From a candidate division WOR-3 bacterium (GTDB lineage Bacteria > Hydrothermota > Hydrothermia > LBFQ01): a stretch of DNA of 64,000 nt. Shown one piece after another: positions 51,723 through 61,544 of the stretch. Under the pieces are notes generated by a model that did not search any database, was not told where the DNA came from, and saw nothing but the letters and a program-made list of their open reading frames with translations. Location of the stretch: the NCBI GenBank assembly GCA_039802605.1, contig JBDRWW010000004.1, positions 32,001 through 96,000 of the forward strand, given 5' to 3'. Every line of letters starts with the position of its first letter. Position 1 is the first letter of the stretch. Both the position numbers and the translations under genes were made by a program.

Positions 51723-52301
51723 ATGATAAGGGGTTTAAGGGGTAAAGTTTTTAAAGTTTTGCAGGATTCATTTTTGATAGACACACCCGGAGGTGTTATA
51801 TACCAGATAAAAGCCCCCTACCCTTACCTTTCAAGGATATCCGAGGGTGATGAGGTTTTGGTACATATATATACGAATTTTTCGCAAAACGGCATAGAGT
51901 TGTATGGGTTTGAAAACGAGGAACAATTAAAAGTTTTTCAGATTCTCCTTGAAATTCCCGGTATAGGTCCGGCTATGGCGCTCAGAATACTGTCGGATAT
52001 ATCAATAAAAGATCTGTTTGAAGCCGTTAAAACCGGTAATGTCAATGTTCTTAAAAGGGTTAGGGGTCTTGGAACAAAAAAGGCGGAGATAATAGTTTTT
52101 GCGTTAAGGGATGTAATGTGGGATGAGGGGTTTGAAGGGCAGGAGAACGAAGCCATTTCCGAATCATTGCAGGCACTCGTGTCCCTAGGCTTGGATTATA
52201 CCCTTGCAAAGAAATTGGTATCGGAAGCCGTGAAAAGTGGGGCAAAGACTTCGGAAGAAATGATTAAGTTTGCCCTTCAAAGGAAAAGCGAGCATTTTTA
52301 A
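51723..52301 (+). CDS. ruvA: Holliday junction branch migration protein
   Basis: LYGF, IPGIGPAMAL, VRGLGTKKAE, ALVSLG. Confidence 0.93.
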   Translation: MIRGLRGKVFKVLQDSFLIDTPGGVIYQIKAPYPYLSRISEGDEVLVHIYTNFSQNGIELYGFENEEQLKVFQILLEIPGIGPAMALRILSDISIKDLFEAVKTGNVNVLKRVRGLGTKKAEIIVFALRDVMWDEGFEGQENEAISESLQALVSLGLDYTLAKKLVSEAVKSGAKTSEEMIKFALQRKSEHF

Positions 52302-52310
52302 GAACCCCCA

Positions 52311-52329
52311 AATGTGGTAAAACCACATT
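52311..52329. promoter_or_regulatory. Perfect inverted repeat abutting a -10 box (operator or hairpin)
   Basis: AATGTGGT-AAA-ACCACATT, then TATAAT(52329-34)-N8-ATG. Confidence 0.55.
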
Positions 52330-52342
52330 ATAATATATTCTT

Positions 52343-53761
52343 ATGATAGCCATAATAATTGCGCAAAGCTGCATAAACATTTATGGGATTAATAGGTTGA
52401 CTAACTATTCGGGCCACGACTATTGGGGGTCTGATGGCTACTTAATATCGTCTAGTTTCTTCAACGAGAGGACACCCCAAAGCCTGTATATAGTGGGTGA
52501 TACGGTGCATATCTTATGGGTAAGGCAAGGTGGAGGGAATAGGTATAACAGGTCAAGGGATAGGGGTGCAACATGGGATTGGTGTACGGGTTCGGACTGT
52601 CATGGCGTGCAGGTACTAAATTACGGTTGGGAATCCTCTATCGTTGCCCGATATTCAAAAGTTCATGCAACATCGTACTGTTGGGATTGCTCTCCCTCTT
52701 CATGGGTTCCGTATAACAGGTCATTAAATAACGGAACCAGTTGGGATTATCCGTCATCCGGTCAAAATATATTTGCGGCTTCCGAGTACGGACTTGGGGC
52801 GAGAAGTTTGGATTCCCCGGCCATGGACGCTACTCAAAGTGGTGATACCGTACTGCTTGTTGTTGATGCCTATTCCCAAGGCGTTAGGGTTAAGAGAACT
52901 TTTGATGGTGGAACCACTTGGGGCCCTTACGGGGGAATAGTCGTGGCAACGCCTTCTTATACCGGAGAAAGGCATCCACAAATGGCGTACAATAATGCCG
53001 GTAAATTTTATGTTTGTTATACGGATTTCCCCTATGTTATGGTAACATACAGTGTGGATTACGGAAGCACTTGGAGTGCCCCTTATCCCCTTGATACATT
53101 ATCGGTTAATTTGGGTTATAATTCCTGTCATATATCCGCGGATGGGAATTTCGTAAGCGTTGTATGGTTTGATATGAAAGGGAATGCTATAAATGTGTAT
53201 TATAGGGAATCCGTGGATGGTGGGCTAACATGGAGGCCAAAGGTAAATATTACGGGTTTAACCTCAGTAGGTGATACCGCCGCGGGTGCAACCGTTGTAA
53301 ATCACGGATATATTACATACATAACGTGGTTTGAGCGTTCTTCAAGGACCGGTGGTGACTTTGAGATTATGGAGGTTTGCAAGCCCCATCCGGATTCCTC
53401 TTGGTATCCCGTTCAGAGGATAACATACATAGGCGGTAGGTCCTTGTGGCCTATGGTTGCGTATAATTGGTCTGGGAGATGGGGAATAATATGTTGGCAG
53501 GATAACGCACCGGGGAACTACGAAGTTTATTGCTCGTCATTTATACCCCTACTTGGGGATACAACCCTGGGTTATAAAGAAAATCCGTTAAAAGAAAACC
53601 CATTCACGGTAAAAGGTAATTTGTTAATCCTAAACGGGGAATATGAGGTTTTTGATGTTAATGGTAGATTAAGGGCGAAGGGGGAAGGTGGGAGTTTGAT
53701 GTTGAGAAAAGGTATATACTTCATACGGATAAAGGGCAAAACATATAAAGTTAAATTATAG
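52343..53761 (+). CDS. Secreted BNR/Asp-box (sialidase-like) propeller protein with a T9SS-like C-terminal tail
   Basis: Five Asp boxes (SRDRGATW, SLNNGTSW, TFDGGTTW, SVDYGSTW, SVDGGLTW); tail VFDVNGRL...KGIYFIRI. Confidence 0.82.
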   Translation: MIAIIIAQSCINIYGINRLTNYSGHDYWGSDGYLISSSFFNERTPQSLYIVGDTVHILWVRQGGGNRYNRSRDRGATWDWCTGSDCHGVQVLNYGWESSIVARYSKVHATSYCWDCSPSSWVPYNRSLNNGTSWDYPSSGQNIFAASEYGLGARSLDSPAMDATQSGDTVLLVVDAYSQGVRVKRTFDGGTTWGPYGGIVVATPSYTGERHPQMAYNNAGKFYVCYTDFPYVMVTYSVDYGSTWSAPYPLDTLSVNLGYNSCHISADGNFVSVVWFDMKGNAINVYYRESVDGGLTWRPKVNITGLTSVGDTAAGATVVNHGYITYITWFERSSRTGGDFEIMEVCKPHPDSSWYPVQRITYIGGRSLWPMVAYNWSGRWGIICWQDNAPGNYEVYCSSFIPLLGDTTLGYKENPLKENPFTVKGNLLILNGEYEVFDVNGRLRAKGEGGSLMLRKGIYFIRIKGKTYKVKL

Positions 53762-54152
53762 AACCCACAACAAAAACCAACCCTCCCCACAAAACAAAGG
53801 AGAGTGCAAAGGGTAAAATTAAACCTTCCCTGTAAAACTCATAAGCGCACCATATAAGGGCAAATGGAAGCATAAAAAATTGAACCAAAAGCATCACGGC
53901 AAAGAAGGGAGGACTACCTATGCCGGCTATGTTGGTTAGTATCGCAATTATTAAGGCTATATCCAAGGGTAAGAAAAGGTTTCTTTTGGGAAATCCATAC
54001 TTTAAAAGCCTACCTATGAAGAAATAAATGGGAAAGAAGAGTAGTCCAAAAATCGCAAACATTAAGGCCGGAAGGAATACACTCTTGGATAAAAAGCCAA
54101 AGCTCAAAAGGTATAACGACAGAATTGCGGTAAAAACCGCCAGATATTTCAT
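53751..54152 (-). CDS. Hypothetical membrane protein
   Basis: Strongly hydrophobic ORF coupled to deoC (ATGA overlap). Confidence 0.6.
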   Translation of the reverse strand: MKYLAVFTAILSLYLLSFGFLSKSVFLPALMFAIFGLLFFPIYFFIGRLLKYGFPKRNLFLPLDIALIIAILTNIAGIGSPPFFAVMLLVQFFMLPFALIWCAYEFYREGLILPFALSFVLWGGLVFVVGSII

Positions 54153-54829
54153 ATTATGTCAAATCCCCTTGATGTGCCTATTCTCGTAGCGCCCGCCTTT
54201 ATCAATTTTAAAGCGAAGGTTTTATCCCTTATCCCTCCGGATGCCTTAATGCCAAGGGAACAGGATTCTTTCATTATCAAGACATCGTATATGGTTGCTC
54301 CCCCTTTGGAAAAGCCCGTTGATGTTTTAACAAACTTCGCACCCGCATTTTCGGAAATTTTGCAGGCTATAACCTTTTCATCGTCGGTTAACAATGCGGT
54401 TTCTATGATAACCTTTACGGGAACACCGATTGAGACAACTTCCCTTATATCCTCCTCTACCCTTTTATACTCCCCACCCTTTAAAAACCCAATATGTATA
54501 ACCATATCCAGTTCATCCGCGCCGTCTTTAACGCACCTTTCGCCTTCCTTAACCTTTGCGTAAGTTGTCGTAGCACCGAGGGGAAAACCCACAACGCTAA
54601 CCACCTTCAAAGAATTGCCCACAATACCCTTTACCAAAGGTACAAAAGATGGATTTACACACACCCCATAAAAGCCGTAATCAAGGCTCCTTCTACAAAA
54701 ATCTTCAACTTCCTTGGGTGTCGCTTCCGGTCGCAAAATCGTGTTCTCTATGTAAGGCCTTATATCAATATCCTCGGGTGATGAGTTTTCTATTTTTTCG
54801 GCTAAGGCCTTTAACCCCTTGAAGTCCAT
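54149..54829 (-). CDS. deoC: Deoxyribose-phosphate aldolase
   Basis: VVGFPLG, GADELDMV, KVIIET, FVKTSTGF, KASGGIR, RIGTS. Confidence 0.96.
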   Translation of the reverse strand: MDFKGLKALAEKIENSSPEDIDIRPYIENTILRPEATPKEVEDFCRRSLDYGFYGVCVNPSFVPLVKGIVGNSLKVVSVVGFPLGATTTYAKVKEGERCVKDGADELDMVIHIGFLKGGEYKRVEEDIREVVSIGVPVKVIIETALLTDDEKVIACKISENAGAKFVKTSTGFSKGGATIYDVLIMKESCSLGIKASGGIRDKTFALKLIKAGATRIGTSRGFDII

Positions 54830-56643
54830 CAGTATATATACCCCCTATAATCCTTTAAGGGCATTAGGTCTTCCAATTCGCGTTGGAGGTTTGTTATGAT
54901 TTCCATAGCCTCCTGCTGCTGGTACTGGAATAACAGTTGCTGGAATCTTGCCTCAAAATCCTTTTTATCCGGTTTTATCCCGTAGTATTTTATGATGTAA
55001 TAAACCCCATCACCGTAGTCATAAGGGCCACTCCATTCGTTGGGCTTTATTATTTGTAATGCCCTGTAAAAAACATCCTTGTTTGATATTCCCGGAACAA
55101 ACATTGTATAACTTGAACTGTCCGCCCTTCCTATGTAAATCCCGTATTCGGAATATTGATTTCTAAGCGTATCGGGGTTTTCCCCCCTCTTCAGCTTATC
55201 TACTACTTCCTTGGCTATTTTTAAGGCCAGCTTTCTCTTTTCCGAGAGCAAATAATCCCTTTCAACCTCTTTCTTAACATCCTCAAAATTGGGAATACCA
55301 CCCTCATCCTTATCCGCCACCTGAACCACGAGGTAATACCTCGTTTTGTAAATTATCCCCGATATATCCCCCTTTTTTGCATTTTTTATAAAGTTTATCA
55401 AACTCCTGTCCGGACCAATAAAGGGTATGAACCCGAGGTTTAACTTGAATTTTCCGGTACTATCCACCCTCAAACCCAACTCCTTAGCCGCCTCTTTAAA
55501 GCCTTTTTTACGCGCCAAATTGAGGAATTTCATAAGCGTATCCCTAAGGGTTTGCCTTGTTTGATAAGATGTTTTTACCGATACAAATATATGCGCCAAA
55601 TGAACGCTATCACCTTTCTCGTTTTTTCCAAGGAGCTTTACGATGTTATAACCACCGGGAACATCAAAGGGCCCCAAAACTTGTCCGGTATCCGCGTTTT
55701 CTAAGGCTAACCTAACTTCCGGTGGCAATGTATAAAGATACAACCAACCCAAATCCCCATCGTTTTTCTTAGTATTCTCATCCTCGGAATATGTTTTAAC
55801 CGCTCCCTGCCAGTTTGTTTGCGCCTCTTTCTTAGCCCTCTCTATTAGATCCTTTGCCTGTAATGAATCCGCTTTTGAAGGGGCCTTTTCAAGCCTTACA
55901 ACATATAGGTCTGCCGTTGGGGGTTGTTTAAACTTTTCTTTGTTTTTCTCAAAGTAGTCTTTCAATTCGCTTTCCGAGGGCCTCTTTACCTTTTCGTCTT
56001 TTATCCTCGCATAGACGAGATTAACAAAGGAAAATCCGTACTTTGTATTTTCAAATTGAAACCTGTTCCAAAGGTATTCCTTTGGCGGCAATGGGATTTT
56101 TGATACCAACATCCTCGCCAAATCCGGAGGTATTTCATCCCTTAACCTCGCCTCATGGGCGGCGAATATTGGGGCATACCTCTTATCGTTTAACACCTGT
56201 AAGTATAACTGATAGTTAAACCTCCCATCCCTCATAAAATTCGTATCGTTCATTAGTTCTTGTGGCGGAATAAGGGCAACCAGGGTTAATACGGCTTTAT
56301 CCGACAGTTTAAGCCCGAGTTTTTCGGCGACTTTCTTCCACCTTATGTTATCCACCATTCTGAAAAATACCTCTTCCCTAATGGCTTCCTCTTCATCCGG
56401 GGATATACTTTCAACCCCCCTAACCCTTAAAGTTTCCTGTATCTCCCTCTGAACCAAGGCCTCATAGTATTCGCTTGAAATCTTAAAATCCCCAACCTCC
56501 GCGACTATTCCCTGCTCCCAAGGTTTTACACTCCGAAAGTTTAATATATTTGCTCCAAGTTCAAAAACCAACCATGCGATAAATGCCATTGATACGATCC
56601 ATATCAACCATTTAAAACTCTCGCGGAAAGTTCTTAAAGCCAT
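54829..56643 (-). CDS. PpiD/SurA-like periplasmic chaperone and parvulin PPIase
   Basis: N-terminal TM, SurA_N region, YSED...DGDLGW, HLAHI. Confidence 0.85.
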   Translation of the reverse strand: MALRTFRESFKWLIWIVSMAFIAWLVFELGANILNFRSVKPWEQGIVAEVGDFKISSEYYEALVQREIQETLRVRGVESISPDEEEAIREEVFFRMVDNIRWKKVAEKLGLKLSDKAVLTLVALIPPQELMNDTNFMRDGRFNYQLYLQVLNDKRYAPIFAAHEARLRDEIPPDLARMLVSKIPLPPKEYLWNRFQFENTKYGFSFVNLVYARIKDEKVKRPSESELKDYFEKNKEKFKQPPTADLYVVRLEKAPSKADSLQAKDLIERAKKEAQTNWQGAVKTYSEDENTKKNDGDLGWLYLYTLPPEVRLALENADTGQVLGPFDVPGGYNIVKLLGKNEKGDSVHLAHIFVSVKTSYQTRQTLRDTLMKFLNLARKKGFKEAAKELGLRVDSTGKFKLNLGFIPFIGPDRSLINFIKNAKKGDISGIIYKTRYYLVVQVADKDEGGIPNFEDVKKEVERDYLLSEKRKLALKIAKEVVDKLKRGENPDTLRNQYSEYGIYIGRADSSSYTMFVPGISNKDVFYRALQIIKPNEWSGPYDYGDGVYYIIKYYGIKPDKKDFEARFQQLLFQYQQQEAMEIITNLQRELEDLMPLKDYRGYIY

Positions 56644-56709
56644 AGTTGGGAATTATACCGCTGGGATGTTTGTGAATTTAAATTTTCATCGTCTTTACAA
56701 TTACAGCCC

Positions 56710-58623
56710 GTGAGAAGGATAAAGGTAAAGTTTCCGAACGGTGAAATCGCCGAATACGAGTTTGAAGGGCAAAAGTCTATACTTGAACTGGTTGGCGATC
56801 CAAAAGGGGGATTTGTGGCAAGGGCCAACGGGAAGCTCTTTGACCTATTCGTCCCGATACCCGAAGGCGTGGAATATGTGGAAATATTGGATTTTAACGA
56901 TAAGGAGGGCAAGGAGGTGTTCTGGCATTCATCCGCACATATTTTGGCACAAGCGGTAAAAAGGCTTTATCCGTATGCAAAACTAACGGTTGGCCCCCCT
57001 ATTGAAAACGGTTTCTTCTACGATATTGACTTTGGCGGAAAAACCTTAGCACCCGAGGATTTGGAAAGGATAGAGGAAGAGGCAATAAGGATATGTAAGG
57101 AGGATTACGAGGTTAGGCGCGAGGAAATGCCATCCGAAAGGGCGAGGGAATTCTTTTCAAAACTCGGCGAAGACTATAAGGTTGAACTGATTGACGAGTT
57201 TAACCTCCCCGTAGTTTCGGTTTATTGGCAGGGTGAGTTTGTGGATCTGTGTAGGGGTCCGCATATATACAGGACGGGTTTGGTAAAATCCTTTAAAATT
57301 ACCGGTGTTTCTTCCGCCTATTGGAAAGGGGATCCAAGAAACCCATCCCTTCAAAGGATTTACGGAATATCCTTCCCCACTGGGGAACAGATGAAAGAGT
57401 ATTTGGAATTGCTTGAAGAGGCCAAGAAAAGGGATCACAGGGTTTTGGGTAGGGAATTGGATCTGTTTGGATTTTATGAGGAGGCGGGTGCGGGTTTTGT
57501 ATTCTGGCATCCAAACGGGGCGATAATAAGGGGGATAATAGAGGATTATTGGAAGAGGGAACACATAAAGGCGGGTTATAAGTTCGTATATACCCCCCAC
57601 CTCTTAAGCGGGAAACTATGGGAAATATCCGGACATTTAAACTATTATGCAAAAAACATGTTTGTCTTTGAGAAGGAGGGACAACTTTACGCCGTTAAAC
57701 CTATGAACTGTCCCGCACATATATTGATATACAAATCTCGGGTTAGGAGTTATAGGGATTTACCCATAAGGCTTTGCGAACTCGGAACGGTTTATAGGGA
57801 TGAACTTTCGGGCGTATTGCACGGACTTTTAAGGGTAAGGGGCTTTACACAGGATGACGCCCACATATTCGCAAGGGAAGACCAGATAGAGGAAGAGGTT
57901 AAGGGTGTTTTAAACTTAATGAAGAGGATATTAAAGAGGTTTGGTTTTGATGATTTTGAAGTGGAACTTTCAATTTGGGATCCAAACAAGCCGGAAGAGT
58001 ATATGGGAACAAAGGAGATGTGGGATAACGCAATAAATTCCTTGAAAAACGCCCTTGAAAGTTCCGGATTCGAATACAGTGTTGAGGTTGGAGAGGCGGC
58101 CTTTTATGGCCCAAAGATAGATGTAAAGTTAAAGGATGCCCTAAACCGCAGGTGGCAATGCACAACCGTACAGGTTGATTTTAACCTCCCGAGGAGGTTC
58201 GAGGCTACATATAAGGGGAGTGATGGTAAAGACCATTATGCCGTAATGATACACAGGGCTTTATTCGGTTCCATAGAGAGGTTTTTGGGTATTTTGATAG
58301 AGCATTATGCGGGGGATTTCCCCCTTTGGCTTGCACCCGTTCAGGTTAAAATCCTACCCATAAAGGACGAGATTAACGAATATGCCTATAAAGTTAAAGG
58401 GATACTAGAAAACGAAGGTTTTAGGGTTGAGGTTGATGACAGGAATGAAAGGCTAAACTATAAAATCCTTGATGCCGAAAAGCACAAGATACCCTATATG
58501 CTAATAGTTGGCGGGAGGGAAATGGAAAGCGGAACGGTATCCGTTAGAAAGAGGAAAGAGGGGGATAAAGGGGTTATGAGGGTTGAGGAGTTTTTGCAAA
58601 TTTTAAAGTCAGAAATGGAATAA
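56710..58623 (+). CDS. thrS: Threonine--tRNA ligase
   Basis: HSSAHILAQA, DLCRGPH, RDHR, KPMNCPAH, RVRGFTQDDAH, HRALFGSIERF. Confidence 0.98.
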   Translation: MRRIKVKFPNGEIAEYEFEGQKSILELVGDPKGGFVARANGKLFDLFVPIPEGVEYVEILDFNDKEGKEVFWHSSAHILAQAVKRLYPYAKLTVGPPIENGFFYDIDFGGKTLAPEDLERIEEEAIRICKEDYEVRREEMPSERAREFFSKLGEDYKVELIDEFNLPVVSVYWQGEFVDLCRGPHIYRTGLVKSFKITGVSSAYWKGDPRNPSLQRIYGISFPTGEQMKEYLELLEEAKKRDHRVLGRELDLFGFYEEAGAGFVFWHPNGAIIRGIIEDYWKREHIKAGYKFVYTPHLLSGKLWEISGHLNYYAKNMFVFEKEGQLYAVKPMNCPAHILIYKSRVRSYRDLPIRLCELGTVYRDELSGVLHGLLRVRGFTQDDAHIFAREDQIEEEVKGVLNLMKRILKRFGFDDFEVELSIWDPNKPEEYMGTKEMWDNAINSLKNALESSGFEYSVEVGEAAFYGPKIDVKLKDALNRRWQCTTVQVDFNLPRRFEATYKGSDGKDHYAVMIHRALFGSIERFLGILIEHYAGDFPLWLAPVQVKILPIKDEINEYAYKVKGILENEGFRVEVDDRNERLNYKILDAEKHKIPYMLIVGGREMESGTVSVRKRKEGDKGVMRVEEFLQILKSEME

Positions 58624-58644
58624 ACATCCGTAGAATATCCTACT

Positions 58645-60036
58645 ATGGCGGATTACAGGATTGAAAAGGATACGATGGGAGAGGTTAAAGTTCCCTCTTG
58701 GGCGTATTGGGGGGCGCAAACCCAGAGGGCTATTGAAAACTTCCCAATATCCGGATGGAGAATACCCAAGAGGATGATATATTCAATTGCCCTGATAAAA
58801 AGGTATGCGGCGGAGGTTAATGCCGAACTGGGACTGCTGGATCCGAAAATCGCCGATGCGATAATACAAGCGGCGGAAGAGGTTATGTCGGGAAGGTTTG
58901 ACGACCATTTCCCCTTGGATGTTTTTCAAACGGGTTCCGGAACATCCACAAACATGAATGTAAACGAGGTTATAGCAAATAGGGCAAACGAGATACTCGG
59001 AAGTCCCCTAGGCAGCAAAAATCCCGTGCATCCAAACGACCATGTGAATAAAGGCCAATCCTCAAACGATGTTATACCAACCGCAATACACATATCCATA
59101 AGGTTGGAGGCGGAAAACTTAATTGAAGCTTTGGAAGATTTGGCCGAGGCCTTTGATAAAAAAGCCGAAGAGTTTAAGGATATAGTAAAAATCGGTAGAA
59201 CGCATTTGCAGGATGCCGTACCTATGACCCTTGGACAGGAATTCTCGGCCTTCGCCACCCAGATAAAGCACGGTATAAGGAGGGTAAAAAATACGTTTTA
59301 CCATTTGGAGGAGCTCGCCCTTGGGGGTACAGCCGTTGGGACGGGTTTAAACACCCATAAGGAGTTTGCACCGAGGGTTATAAAGAAAATAGCGGATAGG
59401 ACGGGGATACCTTTTAGGGAGGCGGAAAACAGGTTTGAGGCCTTAGCCACAAAGGACGCCGTGGTTGAATACATGGGGGCTTTGAACACCTTAGCCGTTT
59501 CTTTGATGAAAATAGGCAACGATATAAGGTTGCTTTCAAGTGGTCCAAGAACGGGCATAGCGGAAATAATTTTACCCTCTTTGCAACCCGGAAGTTCAAT
59601 AATGCCCGGTAAGGTAAACCCCGTTATCCCCGAGATGTTAATACAGGTTGCCGCCCATATCATGGGTTCCCATTTGGCGGTAAGCGTAGGCGGGCAAAAC
59701 GCACCCTTACAGTTAAACATTATGAAACCCTTAATAGCATATCACTCAATAACATCCACCCAGATATTAACAAATGCCCTTAGGACATTTACGGAGAAAT
59801 GCGTTGTTGGAATACAGGCGAACAAAGAGAGGTGTGAAGAACTGGTTGAATGGAGTATGGCCTTGGTTACACCCTTGGCATTGAAAATAGGTTATGATAA
59901 GGCGGCGGAAATAGCCTATAAGGCTTATAAAGAGGGTAAAACCGTAAGGCGGTTGGTTATTGAGGAGGGAATTTTGAGCGAAGAGGAGGCTGAGGAGGTT
60001 CTTGATCCCAGAAAGATGTTAGGCCCTTACGGTTGA
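58645..60036 (+). CDS. fumC: Fumarate hydratase class II
   Basis: QTGSGTSTNMN, HPNDHVN, GRTHLQDA, GSSIMPGKVNP. Confidence 0.95.
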   Translation: MADYRIEKDTMGEVKVPSWAYWGAQTQRAIENFPISGWRIPKRMIYSIALIKRYAAEVNAELGLLDPKIADAIIQAAEEVMSGRFDDHFPLDVFQTGSGTSTNMNVNEVIANRANEILGSPLGSKNPVHPNDHVNKGQSSNDVIPTAIHISIRLEAENLIEALEDLAEAFDKKAEEFKDIVKIGRTHLQDAVPMTLGQEFSAFATQIKHGIRRVKNTFYHLEELALGGTAVGTGLNTHKEFAPRVIKKIADRTGIPFREAENRFEALATKDAVVEYMGALNTLAVSLMKIGNDIRLLSSGPRTGIAEIILPSLQPGSSIMPGKVNPVIPEMLIQVAAHIMGSHLAVSVGGQNAPLQLNIMKPLIAYHSITSTQILTNALRTFTEKCVVGIQANKERCEELVEWSMALVTPLALKIGYDKAAEIAYKAYKEGKTVRRLVIEEGILSEEEAEEVLDPRKMLGPYG

Positions 60037-61001
60037 TGTATAAAAACCTTGTGCCCGCAAGGGAAGAAAACATAAAAAAGGCTGCGGAGATAATTAAAAT
60101 GGGTGGTGTTGTAGCCTTTCCAACGGAAACGGTTTATGGTCTGGGTGCGAATGCATTAAACCCCCATGCGGTTGCAAGAATATACGAGATAAAAAACAGA
60201 CCTTCCTTTGACCCCTTAATTGTTCATGTATGTTCAATTGAAATGGTTGATAGGGTAGCCGAAAGGGTTGATGAAATATCAAAAAGGTTAATGGGGAGGT
60301 TCTGGCCGGGACCTTTAACGATTGTCTTACCTAAAAGGGAAACGGTTCCGAGTATAACAACCGCGGGATTGGAAACCGTTGCCCTTAGGATGCCCGCAAA
60401 TGAAACGGCCTTAAAACTCATAGAATACTCTTCCACCCCAATAGCCGCCCCAAGCGCCAACCCCTTCGGATACGTTAGCCCAACAAACGCCTTACAGGTT
60501 GCCGAAATGCTTGGAGATAGGGTTGATTTAATACTTGACGGTGGGAAAACCACATTTGGGGTTGAATCAACCATAATAATGGTTAGAGATGAAAGGGTTT
60601 TCCTGTTGAGGCCTGGGGCATTACCCGTTGAAGAAATAGAGGAATTCCTTAAAGTAAGGGTTGAGGTTTTGGAAGGGGAAAGGGTTTTGTCGCCCGGTAT
60701 GCTCCCCAAACATTATGCGCCGAAGGCGAAGGTTTTTATAATGGGGGATTGGAACGATTATTATAGGTTAAAGGCTTTATACGGGAATGTCGCCTTGGTT
60801 TTACCTAAGAGGAAAGGATATTACGACTTAAACGCCATATACCTATCCGAGGAGGGAGAATTAAGGGAAATAGCCGCAAACCTCTTTGAAACCCTTTATT
60901 CCTTGGATAAAAAGGGAATAAAGTTTGCGGTTTTTAAGGGTGTTGAGGAAAGGGGTCTGGGTAGGGCTATAATGAACAGGTTAAAGAAGGCTTCCGGCTA
61001 A
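60036..61001 (+). CDS. sua5: L-threonylcarbamoyladenylate synthase (Sua5 type)
   Basis: FPTETVYGLGA, KNRP.FDPLIVH, APSAN, SPGMLPKHYAP, GLGRAIMNRL; TGATG overlap with fumC. Confidence 0.95.
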   Translation: MYKNLVPAREENIKKAAEIIKMGGVVAFPTETVYGLGANALNPHAVARIYEIKNRPSFDPLIVHVCSIEMVDRVAERVDEISKRLMGRFWPGPLTIVLPKRETVPSITTAGLETVALRMPANETALKLIEYSSTPIAAPSANPFGYVSPTNALQVAEMLGDRVDLILDGGKTTFGVESTIIMVRDERVFLLRPGALPVEEIEEFLKVRVEVLEGERVLSPGMLPKHYAPKAKVFIMGDWNDYYRLKALYGNVALVLPKRKGYYDLNAIYLSEEGELREIAANLFETLYSLDKKGIKFAVFKGVEERGLGRAIMNRLKKASG

Positions 61002-61544
61002 TTTATCGGCACCGTTTAACATTTCTTCCGCCTCCCTTTCACCATTCGGATAGCCTTCAAACGCATAAATCCCAACACTTGCAAATGGCATGGGGATTTT
61101 AAACCCGTCCCAAGTATCCAATTCCCAAAAATGGGAGTATGCTACCCCAACGAAAACCGTTCTAACATTTAACATCTTTATCAAAGAAACCGTACCCCTT
61201 TTAAACCTTTTCCTTGGACCTAGGGGACCATCCGGAGTTATGCATATGTTTTTACCCTCCTCCACCGCTCGCACGATTTCTTTTAACCCGTAATACTTGT
61301 TTTTTCTGTGGGAAGACCTTATGACGCCGAGCCCGAAATACCCCACAAACCTTGATATGATTTCGCCGTCCCTGCTTGGGGAGATTAAAATATATACGGG
61401 AGAATTCTTAAAGGCATAGGGCAAAACAAAAAAATTGGAATGCCAAAAAAAGAATACGGTGGGCCTTTGGGTGAAAAACTCCCCAAATCTTCTAATGCTA
61501 TAAGTTTTGCATAGGTATTCGTATAGATTAACGAGAAATTTCAT
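60981..61544 (-). CDS. DUF374 / lysophospholipid acyltransferase-family protein
   Basis: FWH, LISPSRDGEII, ITPDGPLGP, TWD.F.IPMPF. Confidence 0.88.
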   Translation of the reverse strand: MKFLVNLYEYLCKTYSIRRFGEFFTQRPTVFFFWHSNFFVLPYAFKNSPVYILISPSRDGEIISRFVGYFGLGVIRSSHRKNKYYGLKEIVRAVEEGKNICITPDGPLGPRKRFKRGTVSLIKMLNVRTVFVGVAYSHFWELDTWDGFKIPMPFASVGIYAFEGYPNGEREAEEMLNGADKLAGSLL

